From Flectonema sp. DT1601 (taxonomy: Eukaryota), in assembly GCA_964019425.1 (NCBI GenBank), contig OZ025797.1:620001-684000 (forward strand): a stretch of DNA of 64,000 bases, read 5' to 3'. The translations under genes were made by a program, and so were the position numbers. Positions 23,186 through 32,743 of this stretch are shown in pieces (positions within the stretch are counted from its first letter, which is position 1; every line of letters begins with the position of its first letter). Under the pieces are notes generated by a model. It did not search any database and was not told the origin of the DNA. It saw only the letters and a program-made list of their open reading frames with translations.

Positions 23186-24704
23186 TTACCTAGGCACTGG
23201 CGGTTTCGCATCGTACTTTGGGCCCACATCTTTCCTGCGATCTCCTCCATAACTAGCAGCGACTCGTTCAGGTCCATTGAAAACTCTTTGTTCCGACCTC
23301 TTTGGACCCTCCTCACCTGATCCTCGATTCGGTTCTTCATTAGACTGCCGATCAACGTCGACACCTCGGCCCCTTCTGATCGCAGAATCTTCTCCCTTAT
23401 TTCCAAGATACGATCTGGAACTTGAGCTAACTCTTCTGACACTGACCTTCTTTGGCATGTGTCTCCCTGATCGCGGCTTAAACACCGCTTTACTAACTCG
23501 GGGCTGACCTCTGTTCATTTGTGACCTTTGCCAGCCCCCCCAACGTTTCCCGAGAACCCTTTTCCCTTGTTCTCGAAATTCCGTGGGTTCCAACTCCCCA
23601 TTACTCTCCCCTTATACCCTTTCCCGCTCATTTCTATCTTGTGCTTTTTCTCTGCATCAACCTGCCATCCTCACTGCCTTCTCAAACAACATCCCTGACT
23701 TGACCCTTAATCCTTTTCGTCGTGTATTCCCATTTCATAATCAACGACTCCAATGATTTATTCATACTCCGAACCAACGGTTTGGAGGTAATCCAGTCTG
23801 CTGATCTTGTACTTGCCGCCTTCACATTATCTCTTACAATTTCAAAGGCTGCCTTCAACTCCCTTAACTCCCTCGTGGCTAATTTACCCTTGTGCACTGA
23901 CCAGTATTTGTTCTCTAATTTATCCAGCAACCTTTCTGATCCACCTTGCGCCAAAATATCGCGCCATTGTAGCACGTTGGTCGCATCCGACGCTAGATCG
24001 AAATCTAGACATTCGACGTTCTCTGGAGACAATTGACACACATCTGCTGACTTCTTTTTTAATAATTCTGATGAATGCTGCAACTGCATCTGACATAATT
24101 GTTGATTTTGCGATAATAGTGCCATCATTTGTTGCACCATACTACTCTCTTGTTGTATTTGTGGCTGGGGTTGCGCACCATGCATCTGTGGCGATAACAA
24201 TGACGCCACCTGCGATTCCAAATTAGTTACCTTTTGGCACATGCCTAACATCTTTTGTTCATTTTCTAGTACTAACCTTTTTGACCACTCGTCCCAATAC
24301 ACATCCTTGCTTATTACATGGGCATATTCAAACCCCGCATGTGGAAAATCGAACGTTTCGTCCGGACCCGTGTGTCGATACACATCCCTTAATAGACTTG
24401 TTGAATTTGACAAGGTTACCCTCCCCATATTACCCACCATTGACAATAAGCCACAATACCACTTCCAACTTGATTCACCTTCCTTCCTCATACAATAAAC
24501 CGCTTCTCTACCAATAAGGGCCAACGAGTTGTTCTTCATCATCTCTTCGGACATTTTGGATTGGGGATCCCAAAACGTCCCTGCTTCCCCGATGGTGGCA
24601 CGTGGTGATTGTTCTCTCACCGTCCTCAAATCCTCAAACAGAATTGAATCCAAATCCATCTCAGCTCCTACATGCGGAATTTCCACAATTGGTGGTGTAG
24701 ACAT
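23186..24704 (-). mobile_element. Degenerate retroelement-like segment: 340-aa gag-like ORF followed by the start of a possible tyrosine recombinase (DIRS/VIPER/TATE-like)
   Basis: Intronless ORF with a coiled-coil, Q-rich middle and a broken 3' end. The downstream frame has KMWAQSTMRNR, resembling the WAxSTxxxR start of YR N-terminal domains. No catalytic YR or RT motifs seen. Confidence 0.3.
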
Positions 24705-24966
24705 TCTTTTGTTTTAGAGAAATAAACAAAAAGAGCAAAATTTGCTAAGGAAAGGAAGTAACATATTAGTTAAATTGTACCGATATACTATAACGTCTCA
24801 AACACAGCGCTAACCAGTGCAACGAGAGCTAAAAAAATTCGATAAACCACTTCTGATCCAACATTTTAGGTGCAGAGTGCATTTTAGATAAGGAAGGACA
24901 TTTTTCATTTTCCGTTCCGTTAGGACGGAAAAGTAATAAGTATAATAAGATTTTCGACGTACCAGA

Positions 24967-25009
24967 GCCTGCATAGCCTAGTGGTTATGGTCGTCGACCT
25001 TAAATCGCC
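24967..25009 (+). pseudogene. tRNA-like 5' half (pseudo-tRNA or SINE head), cut off by a MITE
   Basis: GCCTGCA-TAGCCTAGTGGTTATGGTC (A-box and D-arm-like), then CGA-CCTTAAA-TCG (anticodon-like arm). No T-arm or B-box. Confidence 0.45.
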
Positions 25010-25220
25010 GGAAAAATTAGTGCGGTTTGGTTGCTTTTTTGCTGTGTAAGGCACCAGCAGAAAAATGCAGCTGGAGAAAAAATCACTTCTGAGCAGAAAT
25101 ATTAGTGCGGTGGAAATATTAGTGCGGTGGAAATATTACTGCGTGGAAAAATTAGTGCGGTTTTTTGCAGATTTGGAAATTAGTGCGGTTTTTTCCGCGC
25201 AGTAATATTTCCAGTTACAG
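25009..25220 (+). mobile_element. Left-truncated copy of the 302-bp MITE found at 54032-54333
   Basis: Shares the internal sequence and the right TIR GCGCAGTAATATTTCCAGTT(A)CAG. Confidence 0.9.
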
Positions 25221-25251
25221 CATTCTTTTATTATTTATTTTTTTAAAAAAA

Positions 25252-25343
25252 AAACAATCAGTTAAGCGTCTTGACCAGGACGGAAAATAGAAATTAATCG
25301 ACATAGTCGATCGATAAAAAAACAATGATAACATTGTTTATTC
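25252..25343 (+). repeat. Solo copy of a ~90-bp palindrome-containing repeat followed by poly-T
   Basis: Matches the three units at 32363-32743. Confidence 0.9.
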
Positions 25344-25364
25344 TTTTTTTTTTATATATAATAT

Positions 25365-27150
25365 GAGAACGTGCCAAAAGTAGGGTACAATTTTGGGCCA
25401 CGGGTATCTGACGGTCCCTAAGTGTGAATCCGACCACTTTTCACAAGATATTTTATACTCAAAAAATGCAATTCCGTGTCTGGGAAGTGATTTTACTCGT
25501 AGCTAGTTTCAAAATTCCATATTTTCCCTAAGAGCTTACCTGTAGTATAAGGAGAATGGTAGTGATACTAGGTTCGACCAGGTGCTTAATAGGCAGTACT
25601 GATAATACAATGATGTGCTTTCTTTTTATAAAAATCATTGATTTTGCTGAAGTTCTTAATTGCTACACGTCACTGGGAGTGCTGGAAGTACTGCTACCAG
25701 CACAGGTACTACTGATACTGGTACACATACTGTCACTACTGGTAATGATGCTACTGGTGCTGCTTTCAAATTCTGATTGGAAGAGCAACGTCGATACTCC
25801 GAGTTGAGCTATCAACAGAAGACTGTTCATAAAGAACAGCTGGATCAATCCATGTTGTTGATGGAGATGGCCAGTGAGCTCTCTGAGCAACTCTATTTGG
25901 CAAAAGACCAAAACAGAACTCTCAAGTTTCAGTTACAAACTTGGGCAAATGGTTTTAACCCGCCTGAAAAGGAAGCGCAAGAAGAGAATGAGACCCCAAC
26001 GCGTCCGAGGGAGCGCTTATCACAAAAAAAGCGAACTCCACCGTCAACGAACTCAACGAACTTTCATGATCGCAGAAGAATCTTTTAAGATGACGATTGC
26101 TATTAGTATATCAGTCAAAATTTTATTTCCTTATCAAAAATAGGCAAAAACGGAAAAGTGGACCACAAAATTGCTGTGAGGAGTAAATGTGCCGACCAAA
26201 GCTGCATTTAAATGCGCGGAAACATGTGATCCTGCCCGACTAATAATCGGAATTCCTAAATCTGAAGAGCATCCTTCAAACTCACAACCGAGATTTCGCA
26301 GTTTCCTCTTTTCGGTCAACCATGGATGAGTCTCTCACCTGAAAATAAATCGAAGTGCTTATTCGCGTAGATGGGGGTCAGCCCGATTAAATAAAAAAAA
26401 AATCGAGCAAAAATATCATAAAACTGATTCTTGTACAGTGGGGTAGCCGTCAGCTTACTACAGTATTTTTTAACCACTTTTCCACACTCATTTTTGGACA
26501 CTTTTGACACACTACTTTTCTGACCTTATTCTTTGGAATTATGATGAGCTATCGGAGGTTTCATCAGAACTGTCGTCGTCATCGTCGTCATCAAAGCTGG
26601 TGCCTGAACTACCGCTACAACTGCTACTATCCAAGTCTGGCTCCCTGTAACTCGCACAGCTCGTGGTCTGCTCTGATGCAGTGCGCACAGAAACACGATA
26701 GAGCACGATATCCCATTGTGTATTGCTGAATCTCATTCTGATAGCCGTTCACGAGAGAGCGGAAGGAGAAGAAGTTGCTCTGGATGCCGGGTAGGGTCAT
26801 GCTGCCGTAGCGGGGGGAGATATCAACTAAGTCAGGTAAGAAGTTAAACACTCGTGAGCAAACAACATGCGTCGAAGCAGCGAGTTTCATTCTCTTGCTC
26901 GCAACTTCATACAGTGATCTTGCGTCAACTATTTCTCCTTGCATCTCGTATTGTTTGGCGGAGCGCGCGATGTCAAGAGCAAACTTCTTCAGTTGATAAC
27001 CCTCGGAATCCCATGGGCCTTTGCCATGCCCAGTTGGAAAACGATCCCAGGTAATATCCCTGTTAGCTGCTGCCATCCACCCCAGCATAAATTTCGCCTT
27101 GAAGTGATACGCCCGAATTTTAGTACCCGGTATCCCCAGTCAAAAGCTGG
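25365..27150 (-). mobile_element. Sola2-like DNA transposon, truncated copy with a C-terminal transposase fragment (about 26539-27110)
   Basis: Terminus ATAT|GAGAACGTGCCAAAAGTAGGG; the first ~410 bp are shared with 28474-28887. The fragment reads AYHFKAKFMLGW...ITWDRFPTGHGKGPWDSEGYQLKK...YRALSCFCAHC, with the HGKGPxD motif typical of Sola2 transposases. Confidence 0.7.
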
Positions 27151-27154
27151 CGAC

Positions 27155-28459
27155 AAACAAGACAAATGAAGTAACAGACCAGAACAGATAGAGAATAAAA
27201 AGAAAAGATATAGGCAAGAGTTATTGTAGTAAAAGATAACAAATAAATAAATGCAAGTATCAACACATGACTAAATTACACCAGCAGCTAACAAACAACA
27301 TAAAATTGAAGATCAGTTGCCAGAGTATTTCAACCATGGTAGAATACTCGCCCCTCTGGCAGGGATTATCCCAGACTTGTCCTTTAATTTAGTTGGACAC
27401 CATGGCTTACAACCCTTCCAGAGGGAAGCACCATTATGACTTCTATTTTTTTTCTTCAAGAATATCATAAGGTGGGAACAAAGAAAAATGTTATGCCCAA
27501 TGCACTAACAGGTCATTCCCTCGCACTCAGATCTATATAAAAAATTTCTAAGTGAGAAATACTTAGCAACTTTTAGAACAAATATTTCAGTAAATAACCT
27601 GTAATGATTAAACCATTACAGGTTTGATGCCAAAACTGACAAGGACTGAGTTGAATTTACCAGGTGAGATTTGGATTGGCTAAGGCCCTCCCTGAAGAGC
27701 AAGAACAAAAAAACTACTCACACCTGAAGAAAACATACACAAAGAACACACTGTAAGCTGTGTGTGTATTTTGTGTTTGTCACAACAGGAGAGAAAAGAA
27801 AGAATGTCAAGGTTGGTCACCTTGCCTATCAACGCACAACATTGGTGGTCTCTACTAGACCCTGAGTGATCCCACTGGATCTCTCATCGTTCATAGTACC
27901 TATGTGAAGTTATAAAATCAAAGGTAAACTATGAACTACAAATGACTTAGCCTGTTATTATAATGCCACAGGCAGGCCCTGCATTCAGCAACTATCCAGC
28001 AGTGCTTGGATGTCCTGATCTTCTTCTAAAAAAAAGAAAGAAAAACAAAACTGTAGCTGGGATCACTCAGGATCAACAGACTACCAATGCTACCTGTTGT
28101 ACTTGCTCACTATGGGGGGTGATGCCAAACACCCAGAAGTACTAAACTGCTTTCCTTCTTGCTGCCCAGGAGTTTCTGACCAGAACTAATAGAAAATAAA
28201 AAGTAGATGGGAAACAATAAAAAGTAAAATGGATATAACTGAAGTTAAACAAGACAAATGAAGTAACAGACCAGAACAGAAAGAGGATTGTAATAGAAGA
28301 TTACAAATAAAAAAAATGCAAGTATCAACACATAATCAAGATACACCAGCAGCTAACAAACAACATAAAATTGAAGATCAGTTGCCAGAGTATTTCAACC
28401 ATGGTAGAATACTCGCCCCTCTGGCAGGGATTATCCCAGACTTGTCCTTTAATTTAGTT
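27155..28459 (+). repeat. Diverged, internally deleted copies of the 1,356-bp unit outside the array
   Basis: Colinear with the unit, with substitutions and deletions (junctions near 27491, 27533 and 27676). Confidence 0.95.
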
Positions 28460-28473
28460 TTTTATTTATATAT

Positions 28474-30260
28474 GAGAACGTGCCAAAAGTAGGGTACAAT
28501 TTTGGGCCACGGGTATCTGACAGTCCCTAAGTGTGAATCCGACCACTTTTCACAAGATATTTTATACTCAAAAAATGCAATTCCGTGTCTGGGAAGTGAT
28601 TTTACTCACCGCTAGTTTCAAAATTCCATATTTTCCCTAAGAGCTTACCTGTAGTATAAGGAGAATGGTAGTGATACTAAGTTCGACCAGGTGCTTAATA
28701 GGCAGTACTGATAATGCAATGATGTGCTTTCTTTTTTATAAAAATCATTGATTTTGCTGAAGTTCTTAATTGCTACACGTCACTGGGAGTACTGGAAGTA
28801 CTGCTACTAGCACAGGTACTACTGATACTGGTACACATATTGTCACTACTGGTAATGATGCTACTGGTGCTGCTTTCAAATTCTGATCTAGGGCAGTTGC
28901 GAAAGTCGTGGTCAACCTCACTGCACCCCTTACACTGACGCTGCTTTCTTTTCCTTTTGGGTATCTGTGTCCCTTTTCCCCCAAGCAACTGTATTTCCCC
29001 TGCTCGTAGAATGGCTGTTGCCTTCCTGCGGAACCTGTGGCAATGTACCCTTTTCTTTGTAGTCTAGGGTGATCACCAGACTGTCACCTGGGTCTTGTGT
29101 TTTTTCAGCGTAAATCGCGTTCTGGCGTCGGAATTCCTCAGTGTGAAGATCAATCTCTACGAGTTGCTGAATGTATTCTGCAGCCTGAAGTTTAATATTT
29201 TGGGGTACACTTCCAGAAGAATTGAGCATGCACTGGAGAATAAGACCACTTGAGCGAGAGACATTCTAGACACTCATCGAGTAACCGGACTTCCCTTTAG
29301 CACTTTTAAGGAGCTTCCCCAGTTTCTTCCTGATTGACTGGCCTGCCAGGCAGTAGTTACAAACATCAGTTCGGCGGGCCAGTTTGCGGAATTCTTCTTT
29401 TCTCATCCTACGAAAAGTTGTCATTGAAATCTTATCTCTGAGAGAGCTGCTCTCATAGATGCTCCGGAAAGTTGGCAAGACATTCTGGATGGTGACGGTT
29501 GAGTCTCGCACCTTCGACAGCCTCTTCAGTGTGATAGAGGTTTCCGCCGATGCTCGCTGTCGACAACTTCTGCCATCTCCTCATTGGTTTTTCTTGGCCG
29601 TCCTAGCATCTGAGCCTCACTGTTTCTCTCATCCCATGCCTTCCTTCCGATCTTAATACCGGCTTCTGCAAAGTGTTAAAACTTCCACCCGTTGCTGTCA
29701 AGTGTTTTAAAAACTCTCCTCCTCTTTCCAACTTCTAAACTACTTATCATCTCACCTACACAAGGGGGAGCAACACATTTCCACAGACTTGATATGCCAA
29801 TAACATCCCTGAGCATGCTGTCAACATCGCCTCCTGAAAGGCACTCAAGCAGCTGTTTCGCTAATGTCACCCGTCTCTTTGTCGACCCACTAGCACTGTT
29901 TCCCCCTATCGGAGCTGCTCACCCATTTCTGTCATTAGCTCTTTGAACCGCGAGATAACAACTTTTTCTTGCATGTTTCTGGATGTTGCAGGGATTTAAC
30001 TGGTTTCAGATAAATAAACGACATGATTTAAAAAGGCAGCAAAAATGGTTCATACAGGACAAAGGCCTGTTAGCCTACAAAGAGGGGTCTTTAGTGAAGG
30101 AAATATGGAATTTTGAAACTAGCGGCGAGTAAAATCACTTCCCAGACACGGAATTGCATTTTTTGAGTATAAAATATCTTGTGAAAAGTGGTCGGATTCA
30201 CACTTAGGGACCGTCAGATACCCGTGGCCCAAAATTGTACCCTACTTTTGGCATCCTCTC
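28474..30260 (-). mobile_element. Sola2-like DNA transposon, internally deleted 1,787-bp copy with both TIRs (~160 bp) and a 4-bp ATAT TSD
   Basis: ATAT|GAG...CTC|ATAT; about 28474-28634 is the reverse complement of about 30102-30260. Broken transposase frames include RRTDVCNYC, LVITLDYKEK (first catalytic D) and a C-terminal CKGCSEVDHDFRNCP knuckle. Confidence 0.8.
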
Positions 30261-30544
30261 ATATATATATATTTTTTTTTTTTTTTTTCATGTTTGATTA
30301 TTTCCTCTTCATTTTTTTTTTTTCTTTTCTTTTCTTTCTTTTTTTTTTTTCTCTCTGCCTCTCTCTTAATTCTGTTCGTTTCTTTGAAACGAAAATTCAT
30401 TTGAATATTATTCCTTGGTCAGCAACCATCATTGTCGCCCTTTGGGCCTGTTAAAAAAAATAAAAAATAAAAAGAAAGTTTACATCGGGAATAGGGCAGG
30501 AGCCAAAAGCTCCCAGTCCGTTACTTCCCACTTTATCGAAATTC
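30261..30544 (-). repeat. ~285-bp segment, inverted partner of 31928-32220
   Basis: The reverse complement matches GAATTTCGATAAAGTGGGAAG...AATCAAACATG plus poly-A at 31928-32220. Confidence 0.92.
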
Positions 30545-30579
30545 AGCTTTTTTTTTTTTTTTTTTTTTGGACACCATGG

Positions 30580-31019
30580 ATCTTTGTGATTGCTACCTCT
30601 GGCTTCATGGAACCCAGCAGGTGGTTCAAAGTATTTCGTGCCACCTTTCTTCCTACCCTTACGCCACACACCTTTTTTGCCAGCTTTGTCACCGACTTCA
30701 CAGTGAAGCTTACGGCTACTGACCGCAGGATTTCTGCCAAGCACTTCGAGGAAATGCTGGCCTGGCTTTTTCCGCAATTATGATGCGGGTTGGACGAGGT
30801 AGTTGTCCACCCGTCCCTCCCCGCCCGTGCATGTGCAGAAAACTTGCACTTCTTGTCAGCGCATATCAGCTGCGCGCGGGTTCTGTCGCTCTGCTTTGCT
30901 CTTAACCCCTTACCCCGCTGGGTTTCACAATGGCGCACTGCCGTTTCCCACCCTCGCTTGCTGCTGAAAACCTCATAAATCCGAATAAATTGAACCTGTG
31001 GGAGCCTTCCTGTACACAA
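30580..31019 (-). pseudogene. Mutator/MULE transposase N-terminal fragment (MuDR/FAR1-type WRKY-like zinc DNA-binding domain)
   Basis: VFSSKRGWETAVRH...LICADKKCKFSAHARAGRDGWTTTSSNPHHNC; truncated before any DDE domain. Confidence 0.7.
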
Positions 31020-31050
31020 ATTGACTTACAAGTTCAAAGCCCGCGGTTCG

Positions 31051-31240
31051 GTGTATTTTGGGGTATTTTGGGCCATTTTGGGGTATTTTGGGCCATTTTG
31101 GGGTATTTTGGGCCATTTTGGGGTATTTTGGGCCATTTTGGGGTATTTTGGGCCACTTTGGGGTATTTTGGGCCATTTTGGGGTATTTTGGGCCACTTTG
31201 GGGTATTTTAGGCAAAAAAAGTGGGGTATTTTGGGCCATT
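31051..31240 (+). repeat. 20-bp minisatellite GGGTATTTTGGGCCA(T/C)TTTG, 7 full units plus partials
   Basis: Directly visible 20-bp period with a 10-bp sub-period. Confidence 0.97.
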
Positions 31241-31262
31241 GCCCTTCTTTTTTTATTAATTT

Positions 31263-31926
31263 CCATGGTGTCCAACTAAATTAAAGGACAAGTCTGGGAT
31301 AATCCCTGCCAGAGGGGCGAGTATTCTACCATGGTTGAAATACTCTGGCAACTGATCTTCAATTTTATGTTGTTTGTTAGCTGCTGGTGTATCTTGATTA
31401 TGTGTTGATACTTGCATTTTTTAATTTGTAATCTTCTATTACAATCCTCTTTCTGTTCTGGTCTGTTACTTCATTTGTCTTGTTTAACTTCAGTTATATG
31501 CATTTTACTTTTTATTGTTTCCCATCTACTTTTTATTTTCTATTAGTTCTGGTCAGAAACTCCTGGGCAGCAAGAAGGAAAGTAGTTAAGTACTTCTGGG
31601 TGTTTGGCATCACCCCCCATAGTGAGCAAGTACAACAGGTAGCATTGGTAGTCTGTTGATCCTGAGTGATCCCAGCTACAGTTTTGTTTTTCTTTCTTTT
31701 TTTTAGAAGAAGATCAGGACATCCAAGCACTGCTGGATAGTTGCTGAATGCAGGGCCTGCCTGTGGCATTATAATAACAGGCTAAGTCATTTGTAGTTCA
31801 TAGTTTACCTTTGATTTTATAACTTCACACAGGGTACTATGAACGATGAGAGATCCAGTGGGATCACTCAGGGTCTAGTAGAGACCACCAATGTTGTGCG
31901 TTGATAGGCAAGGTGACCAACCTTGA
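31263..31926 (-). repeat. Inverted 664-bp fragment of the 1,356-bp unit (variant type)
   Basis: Reverse complement of the unit from TCAAGGTTGG to GGACACCATGG; shares variants CATAATCAAG and AGAGGATTG with the 28.3-kb copy. Confidence 0.95.
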
Positions 31927-31927
31927 G

Positions 31928-32220
31928 GAATTTCGATAAAGTGGGAAGTAACGGACTGGGAGCTTTTGGCTCCTGCCCTATTCCCGATGTAAACTTTCTT
32001 TTTATTTTTTATTTTTTTTAACAGGCCCAAAGGGCGACAATGATGGTTGCTGACCAAGGAATAATATTCAAATGAATTTTCGTTTCAAAGAAACGAACAG
32101 AATTGAGAGAGAGGCAGAGAAAAAAAAAAAAAAAAAAGAAAGAAAGAATAGAAAAAGAAAAATATGAAGAGGAAATAATCAAACATGAAAAAAAAAAAAA
32201 AAAAAATATATAAATAAAAA
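31928..32220 (+). repeat. ~290-bp segment, inverted partner of 30261-30544; includes the empty site of the Sola2-like insertion
   Basis: Direct comparison; ends in poly-A then TATATAAATAAAAAA. Confidence 0.92.
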
Positions 32221-32362
32221 ACGTTGTATGAAAAAGGAAAAAAAGAAAAAAAAAAGACCAGAAAAGGAAAGAGAAAATGAAAAGGTATAATATTATTGTG
32301 GGGATATGAGGATAGCAGGGAGATGCTCTTTTTTTTTTTTTTTTTTATTATTTAAAAAAAGG

Positions 32363-32455
32363 AAACAATCAGTTTAGCGTCTCGATCAGGACGGAAAATA
32401 GAAATTAATCGACATAGTCGATCGATAGAAAAAAAAAAAATGATAACATTGTTTA

Positions 32456-32490
<35 letters not shown>

Positions 32491-32743
32491 CTTTTAATTA
32501 TTTTAAAGAAAAAACAATCAGTTTAGCGTCTTGACCAGGACGGAAAATAGAAAGTAATCGACATAGTCGATCGATAAAAAAAAAACAATGATAACATTGT
32601 TTATTCCTTTTTTTTTTTTTTTTTTTTTTAACCTTTTAATTATTTTTTAAAGAAAAAACAATCAGTTTAGCGTCTTGACCAGGACGGAAAATAGAAAGTG
32701 ATCGACATAGTCGATCGATAAAAAAACAATGATAACATTGTTT
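32363..32743 (+). repeat. Three tandem copies (period ~145 bp) of a ~90-bp core separated by poly-T
   Basis: AAACAATCAGTTTAGCGTCT(T/C)GA(C/T)CAGGACGGAAAATAGAAA..ATCGACATAGTCGATCGATA..ATGATAACATTGTTT, three times. Confidence 0.95.

Noticed and set aside
30930..31284. Repetitive ORFs (GILGHFGVFW... and PKYPKMAQNT...)
   Set aside because: Translations of the 20-bp minisatellite.
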